This document shows, piece by piece, positions 55,067-64,000 of a stretch of DNA of 64,000 nt. The notes under the pieces were generated by a model. It was not told the origin of the DNA. It saw only the letters and a program-made list of their open reading frames with translations, and did not search any database. A program made the position numbers and the translations under genes. Numbering within the stretch: the stretch's first letter is position 1; every line of letters begins with the position of its first letter. Where the stretch lies: NCBI GenBank assembly GCA_026415775.1, contig JAOAGL010000001.1, positions 414,831 to 478,830 on the forward strand, written 5' to 3'. The DNA comes from Patescibacteria group bacterium (lineage in GTDB: Bacteria > Patescibacteriota > Minisyncoccia > UBA6257 > JAAZHW01).

Positions 55067-56137
55067 TTATTTTTCTTCAATTTCGGGCGGAGCAATAACT
55101 TGAATATCATTTTTTAAAAATCCTTCGCCCGAAATTTTTAAAATATCTCTATCAATTTTATTAAATTCTTTGTAAGCAGTGGAATATGTGTTAACGGTCG
55201 TGGAAAGATTATTCCCTAATTTTTGCATATATAATTCATAATTTGCCAGATGTTTTCTAAGCTCTTCGACTTTTTTGATAATTTCCCGCGCTGATTCTTC
55301 AATTTGAAAAGCTCTTAAACCCTGAAGTACTGTTTGTAAATAAGCGGCAAATGTAGTAGCTGAAACAATAATAACCTTTTTCTCCCGAGCCGCATATTCA
55401 ATTAAATCACGAGTATTGGAATCTAAGCTGCCTACTTTATTTATAAGCAAATCATAATAAAGCGCTTCAGAAGGAATAAACATAAAGGCAAAGTCCGTTG
55501 TGCCTTTTTTTGGTTGAATATATTTTGCTGTTTCATTAATCCTTGTTTTTAAATCATTACAGACTGCTTTTTCCAATTCTTCGCGCCTTTGCGGATTGGT
55601 TTCAGAAATAAGCCGATTGTAGTTCTCTAAAGAAAATTTGGAATCAACTGGAATAATTTTGTCTTTAACAAAAATAGCGGCATCAACAATCAATTTTTTA
55701 TTTTCCTCATCTTTCCCTAACTGATATTGAAGCTGATAGGCTGTTGGTGGTAAAAAGTTTTTTAAAGTAACTTCCAAATAGTATTCTCCTAAAATGCCAC
55801 GTTGTTTTGGATTTTTCAAAATATCTTGAAGTTGTTCTAATTGCTTTGCCAAATCAAAAACTTGTTTTTGCCCCTCGCCCACCCTCGTCAATTCCTGTGT
55901 AATTTCTTTTATTAATTTAGCGCTTTCGCTAAATTGCCTTTGAAGTACTTGACCAGATTCGGAAAGCTTTAAATCTAATGTTTCATTGATTTTATTAATT
56001 TGGTTTTGAAGTAAAATAAGTGCTGTATCTGTTTCTTTTCCTTTATTTAGGCGCCGAAACAAAATAATTAAAGCTGTAACAATAGCTCCCAACCCTAAAA
56101 TTAAAAGAATAAAATTAATGACTAATAAAGTTGTCAT
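55067..56137 (-). CDS. rmuC: DNA recombination protein RmuC
   Basis: N-terminal TM, coiled-coil, C-terminal RmuC-like region TDFAFMFIPSEALYYDLL. Confidence 0.65.
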   Translation of the reverse strand: MTTLLVINFILLILGLGAIVTALIILFRRLNKGKETDTALILLQNQINKINETLDLKLSESGQVLQRQFSESAKLIKEITQELTRVGEGQKQVFDLAKQLEQLQDILKNPKQRGILGEYYLEVTLKNFLPPTAYQLQYQLGKDEENKKLIVDAAIFVKDKIIPVDSKFSLENYNRLISETNPQRREELEKAVCNDLKTRINETAKYIQPKKGTTDFAFMFIPSEALYYDLLINKVGSLDSNTRDLIEYAAREKKVIIVSATTFAAYLQTVLQGLRAFQIEESAREIIKKVEELRKHLANYELYMQKLGNNLSTTVNTYSTAYKEFNKIDRDILKISGEGFLKNDIQVIAPPEIEEK

Positions 56138-56179
56138 ATTTATATCATAATCAAAAAAATAAAAAAAGAAAGATTAAAT

Positions 56180-57205
56180 CTATTTTTTTAATTTAATTTT
56201 TAATCGTTTAACAGCTGATTTTATTATCCCATTTAATAATTGAGAAAAGTTTAAACCAGCCACTCGAGCAGCACGAGGGAAACGAGAATTTTCTTTTGGA
56301 TCTGGGTTTAATCCTGCTGGACAATTAACTTCTAAAATATTGGGGGTATTATTTTTATCTAACCGGATATCAAAGCGCGCCCAATCTGCCAACTCTAAAA
56401 CATCAAAAGCCCTTAAAACAATTTTTTCAATTTCTTTTTGAAGTTTTTGACTAATCGGCGCAGGACAAATTAAAGGGTCAGCTTTAAATTTTGGATTATC
56501 GTAAAGCCATTTTGCTTCAAAATGGTCAAATTTCGGCACACCTCTTGGAAGCTCATCAAATCTAACCTCAATAATGGGTAAAATTTTTGGTGGACAACCC
56601 AAAACGCCTACGGTAAATTCGCGACCATTTAAAAATTCTTCTACCAAAACAGGTTGTTTAAATTTTTTTAATAATTCTCTAACAATTTTTCTTAATTCTT
56701 TTTCATTATTCACCAAATTCTTAGCAAAAATCCCCTTACTTGAACCCTCAGACTGCGGCTTGGCTAAAAGCGGAAATTTTAATTTTTTATCTAATTGTTC
56801 ATTATTGTTTTTAAAAACTTGCCATTTTGGCGTTGGAATTTGATGATAAGCTAAAATTTCTTTTGTTTTTACTTTATTTAATCCTATTGCATAACTCAAT
56901 GGTGAGCCGCCTGTATAAGGAATTTGAAGCATCTCCAGCATTGCTGGAATCTGCGCTTCTCTGTCTTTACCATAAAGTCCTTCACTATAATTAAAAACTA
57001 AGTCAATCTTTTTTCTTAAACGATAAAATTTAAAATATGCTTTTTCATCAGCTTCAATTAAAAAAACTTTATACCCCAATTGCTGGAGAGCTTTTTTAAT
57101 TCCTAAAATCGTTTTGGGGTCATCAAAATCGATATTTTCAATAACTTTTTTATTTTTGGTAATTTTTTTTGTTTTGCGTAAATTATATGTTAGAGCTATT
57201 TTCAT
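56180..57205 (-). CDS. ddl: D-alanine--D-alanine ligase family ATP-grasp enzyme (paralog 2)
   Basis: IPYTGGSPLSYAIGLNKVKTKEILAYHQIPTPKWQVF, PLLAKPQSEGSSKGI, EFTVGVLG. About 45% identical by eye to ORF 7464-8462. Confidence 0.7.
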   Translation of the reverse strand: MKIALTYNLRKTKKITKNKKVIENIDFDDPKTILGIKKALQQLGYKVFLIEADEKAYFKFYRLRKKIDLVFNYSEGLYGKDREAQIPAMLEMLQIPYTGGSPLSYAIGLNKVKTKEILAYHQIPTPKWQVFKNNNEQLDKKLKFPLLAKPQSEGSSKGIFAKNLVNNEKELRKIVRELLKKFKQPVLVEEFLNGREFTVGVLGCPPKILPIIEVRFDELPRGVPKFDHFEAKWLYDNPKFKADPLICPAPISQKLQKEIEKIVLRAFDVLELADWARFDIRLDKNNTPNILEVNCPAGLNPDPKENSRFPRAARVAGLNFSQLLNGIIKSAVKRLKIKLKK

Positions 57206-57211
57206 TATTTA

Positions 57212-58309
57212 TTATTCTAATTCGCTTTTTAACTCGTCTAATAATTTTTTGGCTTTGGCGGAAAGCTTCTTCGGTATTTTTATTTTAACACGAATTAACA
57301 AATCGCCATAGCCATGCCGACCAAAATACGGCAAACCTTTGTTGCGAACTCTTAAAATTTTACCATGCTCAATGCCAGCAGGAATTTTTACTAATAATTT
57401 TTTTCCATAAATTGTTGGGACTTCAATTTCTTTACCCAAAATCGCATCAATAACAGAAATGGTTGTTTCATAAATTAAATCCGCGCCCTCGCGTTTGAAA
57501 AGTGGGTGGGGATGAATTTGAATTTCAACATATAAATCACCCGCCGGACCATTTTTCTCGCCATCTTCTCCAGCGCCAGCTACTCGAATAATCTGACCAT
57601 TATTAATGCCTGGTTCAATATTTAAAATGACTTTTTTCATTCCTTTAAGACGTCCGTGACCCTGACAAATAGGACAACTTTTTTCTGCTATTTTTCCTTC
57701 GCCTAAACATTCTGGACAAACTTTAATGCGAGAAAAGGAACCAAAAAAACTTTGTTTTACTTCTTTAATTTCGCCTTTACCATTACAAGTGGGACAGGTC
57801 TTAAAACCAGAACCAGGTTCATAACCTAATCCTTTACAATGTTCACATTTAACAAGCGTCTGATACTCAATTTCTTTTTTTAATCCCTTTGCCGCTTCTT
57901 CTAAAGAAATCTCTATAACCAGACGGATATCCGAACCATATTGAACTTTTTTTCTTTTTTTAGGATTAAATCCGCCGAAAATATTACTAAAAAAATCTCC
58001 TAAATCATCGTCAAAATCGAAAGCCGAAAAATCAAAATTTACACCCGGGCCAAATCCCTGAGCAAAATCAAAACCCCAAGGCCCTTGAGCGCCAGCACCT
58101 TCAAAAACTCGCCCAAACTGATCATATTGTTTTCTCTTATTTTCATCAGATAAAACTTGGTAGGCTTCATTAATTTCTTTAAATTTCTGCTCATCGCCCC
58201 CAGCTTTATCGGGGTGATATTTATGAGCGAGTTTGCGATAAGCTTTTTTAATTTCCTCTTGAGAAGCGTTTTTATCAACGCCTAAAATTTTATAATAGTC
58301 TTTTTCCAT
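57212..58309 (-). CDS. dnaJ: Molecular chaperone DnaJ
   Basis: J-domain with HPDK, a G/F region, and four CxxCxGxG zinc-finger repeats. Confidence 0.95.
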   Translation of the reverse strand: MEKDYYKILGVDKNASQEEIKKAYRKLAHKYHPDKAGGDEQKFKEINEAYQVLSDENKRKQYDQFGRVFEGAGAQGPWGFDFAQGFGPGVNFDFSAFDFDDDLGDFFSNIFGGFNPKKRKKVQYGSDIRLVIEISLEEAAKGLKKEIEYQTLVKCEHCKGLGYEPGSGFKTCPTCNGKGEIKEVKQSFFGSFSRIKVCPECLGEGKIAEKSCPICQGHGRLKGMKKVILNIEPGINNGQIIRVAGAGEDGEKNGPAGDLYVEIQIHPHPLFKREGADLIYETTISVIDAILGKEIEVPTIYGKKLLVKIPAGIEHGKILRVRNKGLPYFGRHGYGDLLIRVKIKIPKKLSAKAKKLLDELKSELE

Positions 58310-58328
58310 AAAATTAAACGATTAAATT

Positions 58329-59375
58329 TTAATAAAGAATGATGTTTTCTTTGATTTTATTTTCGGTGGCAATCGCTACAAATCCCGAAGATAATAAAAT
58401 TTCATAAATTAACCAACCAAAAATTCTCGTCCACCAATTGATAAAAACAGATAGAAATCTTAGAATGGCAAACATAAAAGCGAAAATAATTAAAATAATT
58501 ATCTGCTTTATTTGTAATTCTGCTGCTCGATATTTATTGTATAAAAATTGGTATGCTACCATATTTAATGACTCGGTTCCTTGTAATTTAAAACCCGCCA
58601 ATTCGCTTAATTGGTCTTTCATTGCTTTTGAATTTTGTTCAATTATTGTTTTCTTTTGTTGTTCAACATAACTTGTTGGAAGGTTTTTTAACTGCTCTTT
58701 ATTTTGCTCAAATAATTTTTCTGTTTGATCTGTAATTACCGCTTTTATAAAATCATCGGCCATCATGCTCCAATCAAAATTAGTAAAATATTTTTTTAAA
58801 ATAGGTGTTGATGGTTTAAGGGCAATATTTATTGTCTTTGGAGTAAATAAAGTGTCTAATTGGGTAATGACGCCACCCAGCCATTGAAGACAAATAAACA
58901 AATTGATTCCGATTAACGCCAAAACTAAACCGCGTTTGGTAATTTCATTCCAGCGTAATTTTATTAAATCATTCATCCTGCGACGCATCAAAAAAGTTCC
59001 TCCCCAAAAACATAAAAGCATTACCAACCAAACACCAGCACTCCACAACAAAGACATCGGCACAATTTTGCCACTATTCCGACTTAAATAAAAAGCAAGA
59101 ACGAAAACAAAAGTTTCTAATAAAAGAGTTCCGAATCTGACCGAACGAGCAAATAATGATTCAAAGAGGTAAAAAATAAGAAAAAGAGTTAAAAATAAAA
59201 GAAAAGTAATCCAAGCTGAATTAAAAATAAACTTCTGAAATAAAAATGCTTTACCGAGACTCCAACCGCTTAAAAAGGCAAAAATTAAAACGAGACCGCT
59301 TAGAATAGAAATCTTCAATAAATATTTTGTTTGCGCATGATTACTTCCTGTCGTAAGAATATTGGAAATATCCAT
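58329..59375 (-). CDS. Polytopic membrane protein, hypothetical (start trimmed to avoid overlap with dnaK)
   Basis: Multiple TM helices and no motif. The longer ORF overlaps the dnaK 3' end by ~100 nt. Confidence 0.4.
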   Translation of the reverse strand: MDISNILTTGSNHAQTKYLLKISILSGLVLIFAFLSGWSLGKAFLFQKFIFNSAWITFLLFLTLFLIFYLFESLFARSVRFGTLLLETFVFVLAFYLSRNSGKIVPMSLLWSAGVWLVMLLCFWGGTFLMRRRMNDLIKLRWNEITKRGLVLALIGINLFICLQWLGGVITQLDTLFTPKTINIALKPSTPILKKYFTNFDWSMMADDFIKAVITDQTEKLFEQNKEQLKNLPTSYVEQQKKTIIEQNSKAMKDQLSELAGFKLQGTESLNMVAYQFLYNKYRAAELQIKQIIILIIFAFMFAILRFLSVFINWWTRIFGWLIYEILLSSGFVAIATENKIKENIILY

Positions 59376-59379
59376 ATTT

Positions 59380-61254
59380 TTATTGTTCTTTAAATTCGGC
59401 GTCTTGGGGATTATCATTATTTTGCTGGTTGCTGGATTGATTATCCCCCTGACCTCCTTGATACATTTTAGCACCAATTTTTTGAATTGCCAAAGAAAGA
59501 TTTTGAGTAGCAGTTTTTATACGATTAATATCATCGTTTTTAATGGCATCTTTCAAATCATTAATTTTCTCTTCGATTTCTTTTCTTTCTTCACTACTAA
59601 CTTTATCACCCCCTTCTCGCAAAGTTTTTTCAGAAACATAAATCAAGTTTTCTGCCTGATTTTTTGCTTCGGCCAATTCTTTCTTTTTCCTGTCTTCCTC
59701 TAAATGCATTTCTGCCTCTTTTTTCATTCGTTCAATCTCCTCTTTACTTAAACCAGTCGAGGCTTCAATACGAACAGATTGTTCTTTGCCTGTTGCCTTA
59801 TCGCGAGCAATTACCTTTAAAATACCATTAGCATCAATATCAAAAGTTACTTCAATTTGAGGCACGCCACGCGGCGCTGGAGGAATGCCGTCTAAAATGA
59901 AACGCGCTAAAGTTTTATTATCTGCCGCCATTTCTCTTTCTCCCTGCAGCACATGAATTTCAACTGATGTTTGATTATCAGTGGCGGTAGAAAAAATTTG
60001 GGTTTTGGCAACCGGCACTGTTGTATTTTTCTCAATTATTTTAGTAAAGACACCGCCTAATGTTTCAATACCCAAAGATAGAGGCGTAACATCCAAAAGT
60101 AAAATATCCCTCACCTCGCCTTGGAGTACTCCTGCTTCAACAGCTGCACCCATCGCCACTACTTCATCAGGATTAATTCCTTTGTGCGGTTCTTTGCCGA
60201 ATAAATTTTTCACCGCTTCCTGCATTGCTGGCATTCTTGTCTGACCACCAACTAAAATTACTTCATCAATATCTGTTACTTTTAAATTTTTTTCAGCTAA
60301 AGTTTTTTTAACTAATTCTATTGAACGATCAATATAATCTTTAACTAATTCTTCTAATTTGGCCCGAGTTAATTTCATTTCAAAATGTTTGGGCCCAGAA
60401 GCGTCTGAAGTAATAAACGGCAAATTAACTTCTGTTTCTAAAACTGTTGATAATTCGTGTTTGGCACGTTCGGCAGCTTCTTTTAATCGTTGGAGCGCCA
60501 AAGAATCTTTTGATAAATCAATTCCTTCTTTCTTCTTAAATTCATCAACAAAATAATTAATAATTCTTTGATCAAAATCATCGCCGCCTAAATGTGTATC
60601 ACCACCCGTCACCAATACTTCAATAGTATCTTCTGACACCTCCAAAACAGAAATATCAAAAGTGCCTCCGCCAAAATCATAGACCACTACTCTTTCATTC
60701 TTTTTCTTATTTAATCCGTACGCCAAAGCAGCGGCTGTTGGTTCGTTTAAAATTCTTCTTACTTTAAAGCCAGCAATTTCACCTGCATTTTTTGTCGCCT
60801 GTCTCTGACTGTCATCAAAATAAGCTGGAACAGTAATAATTGCTTCCTCTATTTTTTCACCCAATTTTTCTTCAGCATCTAACTTAAGTTTTTGTAAAAT
60901 CATGGCAGAAATTTCTTCTGGACGATGCCATTTGTCGCCCATTTTTACCTCAACACCGCCGCTTGCTGATTCGCGAATTTCGTATGGCAACCATTTCTTA
61001 TCTCTTTGTACCTCTGGATCAGTATATTTGCGACCAATTAATCTTTTAATTGAAAAAATGGTGTTTTGCGGATTAGTAATAGCTTGGCGTTTGGCCAAAA
61101 CTCCAACCAATCTTTCACCATTTTTAGCAATAGCAACTATTGAAGGGGTTGTCCGCATCCCCTCTTTATTTTCGATAATTTTTGGTTGGCCAGCTTCAAT
61201 AATAGCCATTGCGGAGTTGGTTGTGCCCAAATCAATTCCTAAAATTTTCCCCAT
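59380..61254 (-). CDS. dnaK: Molecular chaperone DnaK (Hsp70)
   Basis: [17 protein letters not shown], and the full Hsp70 architecture. Confidence 0.97.
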   Translation of the reverse strand: MGKILGIDLGTTNSAMAIIEAGQPKIIENKEGMRTTPSIVAIAKNGERLVGVLAKRQAITNPQNTIFSIKRLIGRKYTDPEVQRDKKWLPYEIRESASGGVEVKMGDKWHRPEEISAMILQKLKLDAEEKLGEKIEEAIITVPAYFDDSQRQATKNAGEIAGFKVRRILNEPTAAALAYGLNKKKNERVVVYDFGGGTFDISVLEVSEDTIEVLVTGGDTHLGGDDFDQRIINYFVDEFKKKEGIDLSKDSLALQRLKEAAERAKHELSTVLETEVNLPFITSDASGPKHFEMKLTRAKLEELVKDYIDRSIELVKKTLAEKNLKVTDIDEVILVGGQTRMPAMQEAVKNLFGKEPHKGINPDEVVAMGAAVEAGVLQGEVRDILLLDVTPLSLGIETLGGVFTKIIEKNTTVPVAKTQIFSTATDNQTSVEIHVLQGEREMAADNKTLARFILDGIPPAPRGVPQIEVTFDIDANGILKVIARDKATGKEQSVRIEASTGLSKEEIERMKKEAEMHLEEDRKKKELAEAKNQAENLIYVSEKTLREGGDKVSSEERKEIEEKINDLKDAIKNDDINRIKTATQNLSLAIQKIGAKMYQGGQGDNQSSNQQNNDNPQDAEFKEQ

Positions 61255-61294
61255 ATCTTTTAAATTTATTTATTTATTCGAACCTTTATAGAAA

Positions 61295-61843
61295 TTAATT
61301 ACTTACTTTTTTAAAAATTTTGACTTTTGCCGGTCTAATTAATTTGCCGTTCAACTTATAGCCCTTAATAATTTCCTCTGCTATTTTGCCATCCTCCTCT
61401 CCATTCACTATCTCCATTGCCTCGTGAATGGTCGGATTAAAATCATCGCCAGGTTTAACAGAAATTTGTTCTAATCCTTTAAGTTTCAGAATGTTTAATA
61501 ATTGTGCCTGAATCAGTTCTAATCCGCGAACAATTTTTTGCTCATTTTCGGTTAGACCTTCAATATTTAATGAATTAATGGAGATATCAAAACTATCTAA
61601 AACATTTAACAACTCAATTATTAATTCTTCATTGGCGAATCGTACAATTTCCTCCATTTTTTTGTTTATCTCTTTCTGATAATTAAGAAAATTTGCTCTT
61701 TCTCTTTGCCAACCGTTTAAATATTCTTCCTTCAATTTTTCGCATTCTCCTAATTTTTCTTTTATTGATTCTAGCTCTTTTTCCAAATCGGCCTTTTCTG
61801 TTTGTTCAATTTCTTTTTTATTTTTATCTTTTTCTTCTGGCAT
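61295..61843 (-). CDS. grpE: Nucleotide exchange factor GrpE
   Basis: Coiled-coil N-terminus and a C-terminal GrpE beta domain. Its position lies between hrcA and dnaK. Confidence 0.85.
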   Translation of the reverse strand: MPEEKDKNKKEIEQTEKADLEKELESIKEKLGECEKLKEEYLNGWQRERANFLNYQKEINKKMEEIVRFANEELIIELLNVLDSFDISINSLNIEGLTENEQKIVRGLELIQAQLLNILKLKGLEQISVKPGDDFNPTIHEAMEIVNGEEDGKIAEEIIKGYKLNGKLIRPAKVKIFKKVSN

Positions 61844-61850
61844 ATTTTTA

Positions 61851-62552
61851 TTATTGATTTAAAATTTTATGCGCTGCTTCCAAAATTGAAATATTTCGAC
61901 GACAAATCATATTTTTTGGACCAATTAAAATTAAAAGGTTTTTATGGGTTTTTTGAGGAATGGCATAAGAGACAACACTTAAATGTTTATCTTTGGTAAT
62001 GGGACTTTCATCGCCAATAAAAATTTGCATATCCTCTTGAATCAAATCTCGAACAGATTTTTTTAATCTATCATCTAAATAATCCAGGTCTTCCCATATT
62101 GTTTCCCAACGCATCAATGATAATTCTTTTAATTGTTCAAATAATTTTTTCAAACCAAATTTAAAAATCATTTCTTCTGGTGGTAAATAACCAACCGTTA
62201 AACTCTCGCATAAATTAGCAATTTGCTTCGTCATTTCAAAAAACGGCAAATCATGCAATTTTTCAAGCTTCTTTTCCCAATAAGCCACATCGTTTTCCAA
62301 TAGAAACGGATTGAGAATATTTGTTTCTACAAACCACTGATAAGCTTTATCTGTTGGAATGCGACCAGCCGACCAATAAGGTTGCGCCAAATATTTTTGT
62401 TTGGTTAGAAAATTAAATTCTCTGCGGATTGTTGCCGAACTCAGCTCTTTAAAATATTTCCTTGCAAACCATTTAGAACCAATCGGTTTTCTAAACCGAT
62501 TATATTCTTCAATAATTAAATTTAAAATTTTTTCTTGGCGTTCGGTTAGCAT
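61851..62552 (-). CDS. hrcA: Heat-inducible transcription repressor HrcA (short form, 233 aa)
   Basis: N-terminal wHTH MLTERQEKILNLIIEEYNRFRKPIGSKWF. A CIRCE operator lies 25 nt upstream. Confidence 0.75.
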   Translation of the reverse strand: MLTERQEKILNLIIEEYNRFRKPIGSKWFARKYFKELSSATIRREFNFLTKQKYLAQPYWSAGRIPTDKAYQWFVETNILNPFLLENDVAYWEKKLEKLHDLPFFEMTKQIANLCESLTVGYLPPEEMIFKFGLKKLFEQLKELSLMRWETIWEDLDYLDDRLKKSVRDLIQEDMQIFIGDESPITKDKHLSVVSYAIPQKTHKNLLILIGPKNMICRRNISILEAAHKILNQ

Positions 62553-62574
62553 ATTATAGGTTATTATATATAAA

Positions 62575-62601
62575 TTAGCACTCTCCTGTCAAGAGTGCTA
62601 A
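62575..62601. promoter_or_regulatory. CIRCE operator (TTAGCACTC-N9-GAGTGCTAA), perfect consensus
   Basis: ttagcactc tcctgtcaa gagtgctaa, read directly, immediately upstream of hrcA-grpE-dnaK-dnaJ. Confidence 0.9.
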
Positions 62602-62618
62602 TTTATTAATTTTATATT

Positions 62619-63320
62619 TTATCGCAATTTACATTCTTCAAAAAACTTTTTAATTTTCTCAATTAAAATTTTAATTTCTTCTTCTGAAAAACCTCTGATT
62701 TGAAGCATTTGAGGATTAATTGTTTTTTCAGCTTTAAAATTTTGAAGATAATATCGCTTAGCAGGAGCAATGTTTTTGGCAATTTCGATAATATCATCAA
62801 AAGTATGAATAGTTGGCACAATGGTTGTTCTAAACTCGTAATCAATTCCTGATGCCTTAATTAAATTAATACTCTCTCTAATGGCTTCAAGATTAACTTT
62901 ACAACCTGCCGCCAAATTATATTTTTCTTCTCGTAAAGGAGCTTTAATATCCATTGCTATATAATCAATTAATTTTTTATCAATTATTTTTTTTAATACC
63001 TCCGGCTGACTGCCATTGGTATCAATTTTTATCAAAAAATTCATCTTTTTTATTTTTTTCAGAAATTGTTCTAAATCTGGTTGTATTGTTGGTTCGCCTC
63101 CGCAAATCACCACTCCATCAAGATATCCCCTTTTTTCTTTTAAAAAACTAAAAAACTCTTCCTCTTTAATCCGCGGCTGTTGTTTAATTTTTTCTGGCAA
63201 AACTAATTCTGACGAATAGCAAAAGGGGCAACGAAAATTGCAACCAATCAAAAAAACCGTGGCTGCAATTTTGCCTGGATAATCAATTAATGTTGTTTTT
63301 TGCAATCCTCCAATTTCCAT
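62619..63320 (-). CDS. nrdG: Anaerobic ribonucleoside-triphosphate reductase activating protein (radical SAM)
   Basis: CNFRCPFC (CxxxCxxC) near the N-terminus, and the glycine-rich SAM motif VVICGGEPT. Confidence 0.8.
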   Translation of the reverse strand: MEIGGLQKTTLIDYPGKIAATVFLIGCNFRCPFCYSSELVLPEKIKQQPRIKEEEFFSFLKEKRGYLDGVVICGGEPTIQPDLEQFLKKIKKMNFLIKIDTNGSQPEVLKKIIDKKLIDYIAMDIKAPLREEKYNLAAGCKVNLEAIRESINLIKASGIDYEFRTTIVPTIHTFDDIIEIAKNIAPAKRYYLQNFKAEKTINPQMLQIRGFSEEEIKILIEKIKKFFEECKLR

Positions 63321-63325
63321 TTCAA

Positions 63326-64000
63326 TTATCTCTTTATATGCTCAATTTTTAATTCCGAAAGCTTCACTTTAAACTCTTTTCGCTCTTTAAATTCCTGACG
63401 TTTACCATAATTCCACTGCTGAACAGGCCGCAAATACCCAACCACTCGCGAATAAACTTCACAAGGTTGTTTGATTGTACATAGAGGACAATCGAAATGT
63501 TCTCCAGAAATATAACCATGAACCGGACAAATAGAAAATGTTGGAGTAATAGTAATATAAGGTAATTTAAACTTGGTGAAGACTTTCTTTACCAAAGCCT
63601 TTACCGCATTACCATCTGGTAATCGTTCACCCAAAAAAAGATGCATAACGCTTCCGCCTGTATATTTGCAAGTTAAATCATCTTGTAATTTTAATGCTTC
63701 AAAAATATCGTCAGTATAATTTGCCGGCAATTGAGTTGAATTAGTATAATAAGGAACTTCTTTCGTGCCAGCTGTAATAATATCTGAATATTTTTGTTTG
63801 TCTTTTAAGGCTAACCTGTAAGCGGTTGATTCGGAAGGAGTTTGTTCTAAATTATAAAGATTTCCGGTTTCTTCTTGATATTTAACCAGTCGATCGCGCA
63901 TAAAATCTAAAACCTCCAAAGCAAATTTTTGTCCTTTTTTCGAAGAAATATTTTCACCAATAAAATTTAAAAGAGCTTCATTCATGCCGACAAGTCCAAT
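63326..64000 (-). CDS. nrdD: Anaerobic ribonucleoside-triphosphate reductase NrdD; C-terminal part only, gene continues beyond window end
   Basis: C-terminal zinc ribbon CPVHGYISGEHFDCPLC and glycyl-radical motif YSRVVGYLRPV. The ORF is open to position 64000. Confidence 0.8.
   Translation of the reverse strand: MGLVGMNEALLNFIGENISSKKGQKFALEVLDFMRDRLVKYQEETGNLYNLEQTPSESTAYRLALKDKQKYSDIITAGTKEVPYYTNSTQLPANYTDDIFEALKLQDDLTCKYTGGSVMHLFLGERLPDGNAVKALVKKVFTKFKLPYITITPTFSICPVHGYISGEHFDCPLCTIKQPCEVYSRVVGYLRPVQQWNYGKRQEFKERKEFKVKLSELKIEHIKR

Noticed and set aside
63326-63985. Treating MNEALLNFIGEN... as the true N-terminus of a 219-aa protein
   Set aside because: The ORF remains open to the window end (64000). 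The sequence is the C-terminal glycyl-radical and zinc-ribbon region of NrdD, so the Met is internal.

Overview
This is a low-GC window of about 33% GC, coding mostly on the minus strand, whose gene content and protein style look like a Candidate Phyla Radiation (Patescibacteria) bacterium. The conserved backbone includes rplL-rplJ, rpoD-dnaG, alr plus two ddl paralogs, two P-type ATPases, a MacAB-like ABC exporter, dnaE-thrS-miaA, gatB, tmk, secE-nusG-rplK, gyrB, aspS, rmuC, hrcA-grpE-dnaK-dnaJ with a perfect CIRCE operator, and nrdG plus partial nrdD. tRNA-Val and tRNA-Asn are present.

Three accessory regions stand out. First, a two-gene operon (74-aa protein plus a 785-aa protein with an N-terminal GHKL/Bergerat ATPase domain) is bracketed by two ~115-bp structured inverted repeats. 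A palindromic operator overlaps its promoter, and it sits next to tRNA-Asn. This is a candidate undescribed defence-like or mobile cassette. Second, a ~10-kb cell-surface locus carries cohesin-like proteins, a dockerin-repeat protein, a Csc-like set with WxL-like C-terminal domains, and a 1533-aa BNR-repeat protein. The N-terminal ~1.4 kb of that giant gene is strikingly GC-rich (~55-60%), which suggests a horizontally acquired domain fusion. Third, a riboswitch or attenuator-like leader lies upstream of a membrane protein gene beside the P-type ATPases.

Several structured terminators, promoters and TTATCCACA (DnaA-box-like) 9-mers are also noted. All protein calls come from reading motifs in the supplied translations; no searches were run.
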